Origin: Spirochaetia bacterium
GTDB lineage: Bacteria > Spirochaetota > Spirochaetia > WTKD01 > G963693115
Direction: 5' to 3'
DNA length: 64,000 nt
NCBI GenBank assembly: GCA_965226055.1
Contig: CBDDCA010000005.1
Coordinates: 128,001-192,000 of the forward strand
The notes below the pieces were generated by a model. It worked only from the letters and a program-made list of their open reading frames with translations. It was not told the DNA's origin and did not search any database. This document shows, one piece after another, positions 17,183-26,484 of this stretch. Position 1 is the first letter of the stretch; each line of letters starts with the position of its first letter. The translations under genes were made by a program, and so were the position numbers.

Positions 17183-18241
17183 ATGGAGGAAACGAAAGAA
17201 AGCAATACAAACACAGTCATACAAAACCTCTTTGATTTCGAAACAACACAAAAAGAACATGCTATTGAGAAAACCATTGATTGCATTACCATAGGAAGAG
17301 CAAATGTTGATCTCTACCCTCCTGTAGAAGAACATTTAGATTTTGCTCGAAGCTATGAAGCGTTTGTAGGAGGATCTCCAGCTAATATTGCTGCAGGCAT
17401 TTCCTGTCTCGGGCTTAGCAGTGCTATTATTACCCGAGTAGCAAACGATCTTCATGGAAAGTTTGTAGTAAACTATTTGAGTAAAACATGTAATGTCGAT
17501 TGTTCTATGGTACAATACGATAATAGTGATGCTAAAACATCCCTCGCTTTTGCCGAACGCTGCCCTGACGCATCAACAATAATGTATCGAAATAATTGTG
17601 CAGATTTGTATCTTGATTACACCGAAATTCATCCCAAAGATATAGCAAAAAGTCGTAGTATTTGTATATCAGGAACAGCCCTCACTTCACAGCATTCAAG
17701 AAAAGCAGTGCTTTGGATACTCAATATTGCAAAACAATGCAAGATACCCTGCATTATTGATATTGATTATCGACCCTATGGATGGAAATCTTATGCTGAG
17801 GCTGCTGGAGTACTTTCTACTGTCGCTAAAATGTGTGACATTGTCATAGGAACAGAAGAAGAATTTACGATAGCAAATGCGCTAGTCGAGTCAGTAGAAA
17901 AAAAAGGCTTTACCGATGAACAGCTAGCACAAGGATTATTTAAGGAAGAATGCAAGATGGCTATTATTAAATATGGTGCAGAAGGTTCTGTATGCTATGT
18001 AAAAGATCATGCTACTATTGATGGGTTTGTGTTTAATGTAGATCCAATCAAGCCATGGGGTGCAGGAGATGCCTTTGCAAGTGCCTTTATTTCTTATTTA
18101 ATACTTGGAGAAGATATTGAAAAAGCCTTAGAAGCAGGAGCAGCTTCAGCAGCAATAAATATTACTGGACTTTCTTGTACGGAGGCTATGCCAACTCGTC
18201 AAGAATTACGTGACTTTATAAAAAAATATAGAAACAAATAA
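17183..18241 (+). CDS. iolC: 5-dehydro-2-deoxygluconokinase (PfkB family)
   Basis: IGRANVDLYP, FVGGSPANIA, DIDYRPYGW and KPWGAGDAF motifs. Lies between iolD and iolB. Confidence 0.92.
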   Translation: MEETKESNTNTVIQNLFDFETTQKEHAIEKTIDCITIGRANVDLYPPVEEHLDFARSYEAFVGGSPANIAAGISCLGLSSAIITRVANDLHGKFVVNYLSKTCNVDCSMVQYDNSDAKTSLAFAERCPDASTIMYRNNCADLYLDYTEIHPKDIAKSRSICISGTALTSQHSRKAVLWILNIAKQCKIPCIIDIDYRPYGWKSYAEAAGVLSTVAKMCDIVIGTEEEFTIANALVESVEKKGFTDEQLAQGLFKEECKMAIIKYGAEGSVCYVKDHATIDGFVFNVDPIKPWGAGDAFASAFISYLILGEDIEKALEAGAASAAINITGLSCTEAMPTRQELRDFIKKYRNK

Positions 18242-18304
18242 TGCATATGAGAAATACATGTATTTTTTCAATTATGCCTGCATATAAAAAGGAGTATTTA
18301 TACT

Positions 18305-19150
18305 ATGCCAGCACATATCCCCTATTATAACAACAATAACAATGCTATTATTGATGATACAAATCATATGGTAGACCGTAGCTACCTTAATAGAGTAGTG
18401 CTACAAAAAGGAGACAACTATGTCCATGCACTAGACGGCTATGAGAGTTGCTGTACTGTTGTAGCAGGTACTTGTACCATACAAACAGCTACCAATACAT
18501 ACACATCCGTAGGAGAAAGAACAGCACTATTTGAAGGCAAACCTGATTCTGTATACATACCTTTAGGTGACAGTGCTACCATAACAGCAGATAGCAATAC
18601 AGTCGAAGTGTTTATTGCTGCAGGAAAAGCAACAAAGCAATACACTAGCTTTCGTGTTTCTCCCCAAGAAGTAGACACAGTGCAGTATGGCAGTGATGAC
18701 ACAAAAACGCATAGAAAAATCTATCATATACTGGGACAAAAACAAGAAGGCATGGTAGACAAGCTATTGCTAAGTGAACTATTTACCGTAGGAGCAGGAG
18801 GCTGGTCGGGGTTTCCTCCGCATAAACATCATGTCGATAAAGAAGGAATAGAAAGCGATCATGAAGAGCTATACTTATTTAAGTTTAATCCATCACATGG
18901 CTTTGGAGCACAGTTTGCCTATGTAAACGATAACGATTTTGGACCAGTGTATCATATCAAAGATAATTCAGTTATTATACTCGATAAAAGCTATCATCCT
19001 GTTGTTGCTGCACCTGGCTATGAGATGTATTATTTTACCATTCTTGTGGGAAAAACACAGCGTCCACTGGTACAATATTTTCAACCACAACATAGCTACC
19101 AGCTGGAAACTATCCCTGGCATAAAAGACATGATACGCAAATTTAAATAA
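18305..19150 (+). CDS. iolB: 5-deoxy-glucuronate isomerase (KduI/IolB family)
   Basis: GGWSGFPPHKH, HEELY and YHPVVAAPGYEMYY motifs. Confidence 0.93.
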   Translation: MPAHIPYYNNNNNAIIDDTNHMVDRSYLNRVVLQKGDNYVHALDGYESCCTVVAGTCTIQTATNTYTSVGERTALFEGKPDSVYIPLGDSATITADSNTVEVFIAAGKATKQYTSFRVSPQEVDTVQYGSDDTKTHRKIYHILGQKQEGMVDKLLLSELFTVGAGGWSGFPPHKHHVDKEGIESDHEELYLFKFNPSHGFGAQFAYVNDNDFGPVYHIKDNSVIILDKSYHPVVAAPGYEMYYFTILVGKTQRPLVQYFQPQHSYQLETIPGIKDMIRKFK

Positions 19151-19173
19151 TTAGCATTCTATAGGAAACTGTT

Positions 19174-20025
19174 ATGCTAGTAAATTTACAAAACATATTG
19201 CCTGATGCACAGAGAAATAACTATGCTATAGCAGGCTTTAATATTTTCAGTCTTGCATGGGCAGAAGCAGTCATACAAGCGGCAAGTGATGCTTCTTGTC
19301 CTACCATTATCATGTGTAACAAAGCAATGATGGACTCGTTTCCTCCCTCTGTTATTGGCATAGCACTCTCTCGCTTAGCAGAAAAAGCAACAGTTCCTGT
19401 ATGTGTGCATTTAGATCATTGCTCTGATATTACGCGTATTCAAGAAGCTATAGAAAACGGCTTTACATCAGTCATGTACGATGGTTCGTCTCTGCCTTTT
19501 GAACAAAATCTAAAAAACACTCAGTCGGTAGTGCAGTTTGCCCATAGTAAAGGAGTATCAGTAGAAGCAGAACTAGGAACAGTAGCGTATAGCGATATGC
19601 CACACTCAACAGGCTCACTCAGCAAGCCTCAAGAAGTAGAACAGTTTACTCATGCCTGTGCAGTAGATGCTCTTGCTATCTCTATAGGAAATATACATCG
19701 TCTTACCGAAAAAACCGCTACTATTGATTTCAGTTTACTAAAAGCTATAGAACAAAAGACACAGACTCCCTTAGTGATTCACGGAACAAGTGGCATTACC
19801 GAACAAGACATAAAAACACTGTTATCAAGTTCCGTTTCAAAATTTAATATAGGAACAGCACTTCGCATGGCATTTGCAAAGTCCTTACGTACTACATTAC
19901 AAGAACATCCTGCTTTATTCGATTGGCTGCAAATTGAAAAACAATGTATACAATCAGTGTATGAAGCAGCGTATTATCATCTTGTATTACTCTCTCATAC
20001 AGAACATAACGGAGAAAAAACATGA
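19174..20025 (+). CDS. Class II fructose-bisphosphate aldolase family protein, probably IolJ-type
   Basis: PVCVHLDH, GFTSVMYDGS, VEAELG, SIGNIH and LVIHGTSG motifs. IolJ role inferred from context. Confidence 0.88.
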   Translation: MLVNLQNILPDAQRNNYAIAGFNIFSLAWAEAVIQAASDASCPTIIMCNKAMMDSFPPSVIGIALSRLAEKATVPVCVHLDHCSDITRIQEAIENGFTSVMYDGSSLPFEQNLKNTQSVVQFAHSKGVSVEAELGTVAYSDMPHSTGSLSKPQEVEQFTHACAVDALAISIGNIHRLTEKTATIDFSLLKAIEQKTQTPLVIHGTSGITEQDIKTLLSSSVSKFNIGTALRMAFAKSLRTTLQEHPALFDWLQIEKQCIQSVYEAAYYHLVLLSHTEHNGEKT

Positions 20026-20852
20026 AATATGCATTACATGGAATGCTTACAAAACACTCAAACTTACTTTCAGATATAACCTTAGCGGCTACAGAGACCT
20101 ATGATGCTATAGAAATACACACCGATAAGCTATGGCGTTACTTAGAGGCAGGATATACTGCACATACCTTAAAAACAGCACTCAATACAAAAAACATGAA
20201 AGTTTCAGCTATAGATATTATAGGGAATGTAGAATGTCCACGAAAAAATAATTTTGCTAGCATATTGACACAGGCTCAAACACTTATTGATCTTGCAAGC
20301 ACTGTTGGATGTAACACTATACAGCTCAATGCGTTTAATGAACTTGATGGACTGGATATTACAAGCGTCATAAAGCTCACTGCAAAAAATATCCGCAAAA
20401 TAGCGTTGTTAGGACAGAAAAAAAATATTTCTTTTCAATATGAGGGTGCTGCATGGACTCCCATACATAGCTTGAAAGATTGCTTGCACCTTGTAGAAGA
20501 AGTTGCATGTGATAACTTTGGCTTAGTCATAGATTACTGGCATTTTTGGGCTTCTGGAAAAACAAGTCCAGACGATATTGCAAGGCTTGACAAAAAACTT
20601 ATATACAATGTGCATTGTTGTGGAGGAAATAAGCCTGCCAATACTACACTATGGCCTGATGAGAGTACTTTACGCGACTGCTTTCCTTTAGAGGGAGCTT
20701 TGCCTGCACAGGAGTGGACTGACGCAATAAAAGCAACAGGCTACACTGGGTATGTCTCAGGTGAGTTGCTGGGAGCTACATGTTGGGAGCATAGCCATTC
20801 TTATAATGCACATACAATGCTCAATATACTAAAAACATTGTTTAAGGACTAA
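20022..20852 (+). CDS. Sugar phosphate isomerase/epimerase (TIM barrel, IolI/IolH-like)
   Basis: FQYEG, GLVIDYWHF, PLEG and GYTGYVSGE motifs. ATGA overlap with the aldolase gene. Confidence 0.8.
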   Translation: MKYALHGMLTKHSNLLSDITLAATETYDAIEIHTDKLWRYLEAGYTAHTLKTALNTKNMKVSAIDIIGNVECPRKNNFASILTQAQTLIDLASTVGCNTIQLNAFNELDGLDITSVIKLTAKNIRKIALLGQKKNISFQYEGAAWTPIHSLKDCLHLVEEVACDNFGLVIDYWHFWASGKTSPDDIARLDKKLIYNVHCCGGNKPANTTLWPDESTLRDCFPLEGALPAQEWTDAIKATGYTGYVSGELLGATCWEHSHSYNAHTMLNILKTLFKD

Positions 20853-20928
20853 TGCTCTCCTACATATAGTATAGCACATACTCTCATCTTTTGTGTTAGT
20901 CCTAAAGCTGTTATTACCACTGTCTTTA

Positions 20929-21750
20929 CTACACTGTATAGAAAAAAAGCCCCCATGCAATACTGCTGACAATACACAGAACACTCAGCCCTATCATGCT
21001 TTTTTTGGTATCATAGCTTGCACGGTGCATGCCACGAGAAGCAGAAGCAGTGGTATTTGATTGCTTCTGTGTCTGTTGCAGATGATATTTTTCTAATACA
21101 TTACAGAGAAACATATCTACTTTTACAAACAGAGGGACTGATGGAGAGTGCTGTTGTGCTTGTATCATTTCTGTGTCTTTTTGATCATCAGATGGAGACG
21201 ATTGCGATACTATTGTATCTTTACTTTCAAACAGCAGGGCAAACAAACGTAAGCTCACAGAAAGCACTTTTCCTCCATAGCCTGGCAATGATAAATGAGG
21301 ACTTATAGCCCATAAAGAGAGAAACACATAGGCACTCAATGTGATACCTCGAAACACTCCTTCTTCCAATGCTCCCTGAGTAATACGTAATGGCCCTATA
21401 GTATAGAGGAGCTTACCGCTTGGCAGCAATAGAGAGAAAAACACAATAGAAGCTATAAAAAATATGTAGTAGGAAATTCGTACGCGTTTCTGTGATGATG
21501 CAAGTATATAAAATATACCTACTAATATCAATCTCCCATATAACGAGGCTTGAAAGAGAAATGCAAAAAAATTTACAGCTCCCATAAAGAGCAATACAAC
21601 AGGATGCACTGCAGACAGAGTAGAAGAAAGAAAGGAAGCAATAGCTCCCCTCCTCTTATGTACTCTTTTTTGTGAAGCATTTTTACGATGCTTGTTAGTA
21701 AAGAACATGCAGTATTCCTTATCATGTTCCTTTTGCAAGTGAATGAGCAT
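20929..21750 (-). CDS. Membrane protein, possibly an EcfT-like partner of the Gx transporter
   Basis: Several TM helices and PSGKLLYTIGPLRITQGALEEG, resembling an EcfT/CbiQ N-terminal segment. Overlaps the Gx gene. Confidence 0.55.
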   Translation of the reverse strand: MLIHLQKEHDKEYCMFFTNKHRKNASQKRVHKRRGAIASFLSSTLSAVHPVVLLFMGAVNFFAFLFQASLYGRLILVGIFYILASSQKRVRISYYIFFIASIVFFSLLLPSGKLLYTIGPLRITQGALEEGVFRGITLSAYVFLSLWAISPHLSLPGYGGKVLSVSLRLFALLFESKDTIVSQSSPSDDQKDTEMIQAQQHSPSVPLFVKVDMFLCNVLEKYHLQQTQKQSNTTASASRGMHRASYDTKKSMIGLSVLCIVSSIAWGLFFYTV

Positions 21751-22300
21751 ACTGCTGATACAACAAACCTAAAAACTGAGAATTACGATAATAATATTCT
21801 GCAATCAAGCCTACCACTATCCCTGAGATACATCCCAACAATAACAAGTATGGAGCAATAATAATAGAGCTTGTGCCAAATATAAACAATACAGAAAAGA
21901 TAACCTGTACTGTATTACTGGTAGCAGCACCAATAATACTAATGCCTAGCAACCCTACCCTCTGTTTCAGCAATGTAATAACTATCCACTGCATACATAC
22001 AGCACTGATAGCACCACTCAAGGAAAATAAAAACACATAGGAAGCAATAGTACCATGCAGTATTCCAGTGGCAAATACACGTAGTATAAGCACAAAAAAT
22101 ATATCAGAAACCTTAAAATTACGTAAAATAAGCAAAATAACGATATTTGACAAACCAAAACGAAAAAAAGGCACTGGTCGAGGAAATAAATATTCTATAG
22201 AAGACAAAAAGAGACTACACGCAATACAGAATGCCAGTATTTCCTGTTTTGTAAGAGAAGAAATACTATTCTTATAGGGAGTATGTGGAAAATGCGACAT
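21722..22300 (-). CDS. Gx transporter family protein (heptaprenyl diphosphate synthase component I-like)
   Basis: LSSIEYLFPRPVPFFRFGLSN, FSLSGA and GISIIGAATSNTVQ motifs. Confidence 0.85.
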   Translation of the reverse strand: MSHFPHTPYKNSISSLTKQEILAFCIACSLFLSSIEYLFPRPVPFFRFGLSNIVILLILRNFKVSDIFFVLILRVFATGILHGTIASYVFLFSLSGAISAVCMQWIVITLLKQRVGLLGISIIGAATSNTVQVIFSVLFIFGTSSIIIAPYLLLLGCISGIVVGLIAEYYYRNSQFLGLLYQQYAHSLAKGT

Positions 22301-22443
22301 ATCTATAGTATACTTTAATTTTTCATCTTTACTGCTTGAACTCGTGGCTCATCCTCCGTGCAGATTCCAGAATCAAATGCGACATACAAGGCTTTCGCAA
22401 AATGAATATTACATAATGGCTATATTGCTATACTATATATTAG

Positions 22444-23703
22444 ATGAGCAAACAAGAAAAAAAAGAATCTACTGTTTTAACAAAAAAAACTCCCTCCTTA
22501 CGCTTCAAGCAGGACGATGGCTCTGATTTTCCCGATTGGGAAGAGAGGAGGCTGGGGGATATTGGAGAAACATTTAGTGGTTTATCTGGTAAGACAAAAG
22601 ATGATTTTGGTAAAGGAAAACCCTTTATTCAATATATGCAAATATTCAGTTCGGCTATAATAAACACTTCAAATTTTGGGCTTGTTAGAATACGAAATGG
22701 CGAAAAGCAGACTAAAGTTCGATTAGGAGATATTTTGTTTACAACCTCTTCTGAGACAGCAGAGGAAATAGGATGCTCTTCTGTTTTAATTGAAAATGTA
22801 GAGGAAGTGTACTTAAATAGCTTTTGTTTTGGGTATCGTCCTTATTCTTTGAGTCAGCTATATCCAAATTTTTCAGCATATCTTTTTAGAAGTGAACTAT
22901 TTAGAAAAAAGATTATAAAATTAGCTCAAGGAAGTACTCGCTATAATATGTCAAAGGTTCAACTAATGAACATCCATGTTAATATACCAGTAATTGAAGA
23001 GCAACAAAAAATAGGCTCTTTTCTGCAGAGTGTAGACACAAAAATACAGCTCCTTGAAAGAAAAGTAACACTGTTGCAGTCGTACAAAAAGGGTGTCATG
23101 CAAAAACTTTTTTCACAGGAGCTACGCTTTAAAGACGAGCAAGGAAACGAGTATCCCGATTGGGAATTTTTGAGAGGAGATGAGATATTTAAAAGCATTT
23201 CAAATAGAGATCATAATTCTGATTTGCCAATATTAGCCATTTCTCAAGAATATGGAGCTATTCCAAGAGAATTTATTGATTTGGAAATTATTGTATCAGA
23301 AAATAGCATAAGTACATATAAAGTTGTAGAAAAAGGTGATTTCATAATTAGTTTGAGATCATTTCAAGGAGGTATTGAATATTCTAATTACAAAGGTATC
23401 TGTAGTCCTGCCTACATTATTCTTAGATCAATTATAAAAATTAACGATTATTACTTTAAGTCATATTTCAAAACTTTTAAGTATATTCAAGAATTAAACA
23501 AAAAATTGGAAGGGATTCGAGATGGTAAAATGATTAGCTACAAATACTTTTCTGAAATAAAATTACCAGTTCCTTCCCTCCCCGAACAACAAAAGATAGC
23601 CTCTTTTCTGCAGAGCCTCGATACAAAAATATCGCTCACACAGAAACAAGTAGCACTTACAAAGCAGTATAAGAAAGGCTTATTACAAAGGATGTTTGTA
23701 TAA
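22444..23703 (+). CDS. hsdS: Type I restriction-modification specificity subunit (orphan in this window)
   Basis: PSLRFK...PDWEERRLGD, two TRDs, twice-repeated EQQKIxSFLQSxDTKI helices and KKGLLQRMFV. No hsdM or hsdR in the window. Confidence 0.95.
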   Translation: MSKQEKKESTVLTKKTPSLRFKQDDGSDFPDWEERRLGDIGETFSGLSGKTKDDFGKGKPFIQYMQIFSSAIINTSNFGLVRIRNGEKQTKVRLGDILFTTSSETAEEIGCSSVLIENVEEVYLNSFCFGYRPYSLSQLYPNFSAYLFRSELFRKKIIKLAQGSTRYNMSKVQLMNIHVNIPVIEEQQKIGSFLQSVDTKIQLLERKVTLLQSYKKGVMQKLFSQELRFKDEQGNEYPDWEFLRGDEIFKSISNRDHNSDLPILAISQEYGAIPREFIDLEIIVSENSISTYKVVEKGDFIISLRSFQGGIEYSNYKGICSPAYIILRSIIKINDYYFKSYFKTFKYIQELNKKLEGIRDGKMISYKYFSEIKLPVPSLPEQQKIASFLQSLDTKISLTQKQVALTKQYKKGLLQRMFV

Positions 23704-23871
23704 AAAATTGCAGATTCAAGAACTAAGTGCAACAGCAAAAGCCTTTATTCTTTCTATTTTGCTCTTTTGTCGTATTTAATATTTGAACTTGTGTTTAATA
23801 AAAAACAAGAAACAATCAAATGTATTTTTACCTCTGACGAAGGCGAATTAGTAGGTATTTATGAACGCTAG
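23704..23871 (+). pseudogene. Possible gene remnant (open frame without an ATG)
   Basis: The frame continuing after the hsdS TAA reads KIADSRTK...YFALLSYLIFELVFNKKQETIKCIFTSDEGELVGIYER*. It looks protein-like but has no ATG or RBS. Confidence 0.25.
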
Positions 23872-23897
23872 TTAGTTTTTTGCTTTATAGTATATCG

Positions 23898-24356
23898 TTA
23901 TATTCCAAATACTTTAGCTATAAAAATGCCTATAAAAGTACCTATAACTACAAATACAATCGGTAGTACTAATTGATTTAAAAAATAAGATTTTTTTATT
24001 CTATTTGAAAGTTGTTGACTCTTTAAGAGCTCTCTTCCTGATAGCGTTAGATGTCCTGAATAATGTAGTATATTATTCATCTCGTCATATGATGTACAAT
24101 GAAAATATTTATCGTTTATTAACTCTCTCATACTTATATTAAAATATTTTTCTAAACCTTCATATTCTCCGTTAAGACAAGTAATGTTTATACATACTCC
24201 TCCAGAAGAACGAGACATTTCATCCAAAATTATAGGCTTAGTGTATTCAATCATTTGAGAGGTATTCTTTTTTGTTTTCATTTTTTCTATTTTCTTAGCT
24301 ATTCTTCTGCGTCGTTTTTCTTCTTGTTTTCTGGTAAGTCTTTTATTCCATATCAT
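23898..24356 (-). CDS. Hypothetical protein with basic N-terminus and C-terminal TM helix
   Basis: 152-aa ORF with an AAGGAG RBS. C-terminal hydrophobic segment LVLPIVFVVIGTFIGIFIAKVF. Confidence 0.75.
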   Translation of the reverse strand: MIWNKRLTRKQEEKRRRRIAKKIEKMKTKKNTSQMIEYTKPIILDEMSRSSGGVCINITCLNGEYEGLEKYFNISMRELINDKYFHCTSYDEMNNILHYSGHLTLSGRELLKSQQLSNRIKKSYFLNQLVLPIVFVVIGTFIGIFIAKVFGI

Positions 24357-24546
24357 TTTAGTTTCTCCTTTTCATCTATTTATATCTAGTTTATACTAAC
24401 TTAAGTTTGACTGTATGTACAGTTTAGTTTCTTAAAATTAAAATTTTTTGACCTAATAAAATAGTCAATCTTTGGCTACTTTGTATATAATTCCCAGAAT
24501 TGCTCATATATTGCAATAATAAATAAAATCAATTATTATATATAGT

Positions 24547-26484
24547 ATGGAAAGCAAAGAAAAACACAAACAACCATTTGTAACACTGGATAAAGTAATC
24601 ATTCAAGGCTTTCGTTCTATAGAATATATGGAGCTTGCTATTCCTAAAGGCGAACCAGTAATACTCACAGGCAAAAATGAATGCGGTAAATCCAATATTC
24701 TAAAAGCAATAGAGCTTTTGAATACTCAAGATTTTACTATTGATGATAAAAAACAAGGATATGAAAAACAAGATAATTGTGTAAAGTTTGAATGTACTGT
24801 TAATTGGGAGAATATAGTTCTTGAAAATGCTATACGTGAAGCTATACACTTTACTGATAAAGACAATAACAGTATTTCAAAAAAAGACATAGATACTTTT
24901 ATATCATATATAATTATGACAATAACAGACATGATAGAACAAACTACAGTAATTATAAAACCTAAAAAAACATTACAGATTACACCTAAAGTCTTAAAAC
25001 TTAATATATATAAACTCACAAAAACAGAAGCACAGCTTAATAACTATTCGTATTCATACGAAACAGATAACAATGATACTATTACTGACATAATTCTCAA
25101 CAAAGAAAAAAATGGAAAAAAAACAATACCTTTCAGCAAACTAACACAAAAAATAGCAGTACAGATACTCAAAGAAAAATTACCCAAAATCATATTATGG
25201 AACTATGATAATATTGATAATTCCTATTCCATAGATATAGAACAGTTTACAACAAATCCTGATCGTTACAATCATTACACTCTCCTCAAAAACTTATTTT
25301 TAATGGCTGGTATTCCACAAGAAACCTATAGAAACACAGATAATTGGTTATCTTCAGATAATAGAGTAGTAGCAAAAAACAAGACAGAATTAGAAAAAGT
25401 CAACAAAATATTAAATGAATATATTAAAAATAGCTGGAAAGAATACGCAGAAAAAGAACATAAAACACCTGAAAAAGAATATAAATTACCTGAATTTGAG
25501 CTATACCTCACACCATCAAAATATTTCACAATAATAATTAAAGATGAAAATAACTTTACATTTAATGCACGCAGTGATGGATTTAAAAAATTTATACATC
25601 TGCTATTAACAACTATCGCCCCCATTGAAAAAAAACATACCAACAGACAAACTGTACTTCTTATTGATGAGCCAGAAACCAGCTTACATCCCAGTGCAGC
25701 AAAAGATTTACACAATAAGTTAAAAGAGCTTGCCAAGAAAACTCCAGTTATATATGCCACTCATTCCATATCAATGGTAGACACTATCACTATTAGTAAC
25801 AATAAAATAGTGAAAAAAATAGGCGAAAATACAAAAATACCATTAGACGAAGAAGAAGCAAGAGATAAAATATATCCCCCAGATCTTGTATACGAAGCTA
25901 TGGGCTTTTCAATACTTGATATACTAAAACCACAAAATATCATCTTTGAAGGTCATTATGATAGAAAATTATTTGAGATAATTATGAAAGGAAATACAGA
26001 TTGGGACAGTATAGGAAAATGTGTTATGAATGGAGTAAGGAACATTGAATTCTATATGCCCTTCTTTGAATTAAGTTCAACAAGGTATATCATTATATCA
26101 GATGCAGATGATGTAGCATACGAAGAAAAAAGAAAATTTGAAAAAAACTATGGTGAAGGCATGTGGTATACCTATAAAGATTTAGGACTAGACCATATAA
26201 CAGGAGAAGACTTTCTCAAAAATACATACATACAAGAACGGCTACAGATAACAGATGAGATACCAAAGTATAACAAAATGGCAACAATACAAAAACAACT
26301 AGAAAATATAAAAAGCAAAATTCCAAATATAACAAAAAAAAACGATTGTAAAGATCAACTATGGGCTAAATTTACAAAAGATGTACATATAGAAGAAGTA
26401 AAAGAATACATACATATAGATGAAGTACAAAAAGTACTAAACAAAATCAAAGAAAAACTAAAAGCACAGATACTAACAGTATGA
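24547..26484 (+). CDS. ABC-type ATPase fused to TOPRIM (OLD-family/GajA-like ATP-dependent nuclease)
   Basis: IQGFRSI, Walker A GKNECGKS, signature RSDG, Walker B/D-loop LLIDEPETSLHP, H-loop ATHS, and TOPRIM motifs IIFEGHYD and SDAD. Confidence 0.85.
   Translation: MESKEKHKQPFVTLDKVIIQGFRSIEYMELAIPKGEPVILTGKNECGKSNILKAIELLNTQDFTIDDKKQGYEKQDNCVKFECTVNWENIVLENAIREAIHFTDKDNNSISKKDIDTFISYIIMTITDMIEQTTVIIKPKKTLQITPKVLKLNIYKLTKTEAQLNNYSYSYETDNNDTITDIILNKEKNGKKTIPFSKLTQKIAVQILKEKLPKIILWNYDNIDNSYSIDIEQFTTNPDRYNHYTLLKNLFLMAGIPQETYRNTDNWLSSDNRVVAKNKTELEKVNKILNEYIKNSWKEYAEKEHKTPEKEYKLPEFELYLTPSKYFTIIIKDENNFTFNARSDGFKKFIHLLLTTIAPIEKKHTNRQTVLLIDEPETSLHPSAAKDLHNKLKELAKKTPVIYATHSISMVDTITISNNKIVKKIGENTKIPLDEEEARDKIYPPDLVYEAMGFSILDILKPQNIIFEGHYDRKLFEIIMKGNTDWDSIGKCVMNGVRNIEFYMPFFELSSTRYIIISDADDVAYEEKRKFEKNYGEGMWYTYKDLGLDHITGEDFLKNTYIQERLQITDEIPKYNKMATIQKQLENIKSKIPNITKKNDCKDQLWAKFTKDVHIEEVKEYIHIDEVQKVLNKIKEKLKAQILTV

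Noticed and set aside
18252-18265. Perfect 14-bp palindrome AAATACATGTATTT between iolC and iolB
   Set aside because: It is AT-rich and single-copy, and no second copy was seen upstream of iolD. Plausibly chance.
22300-24550. Integron cassette array
   Set aside because: No integrase is present, and no well-formed attC site could be built from the GTT-containing sequences.
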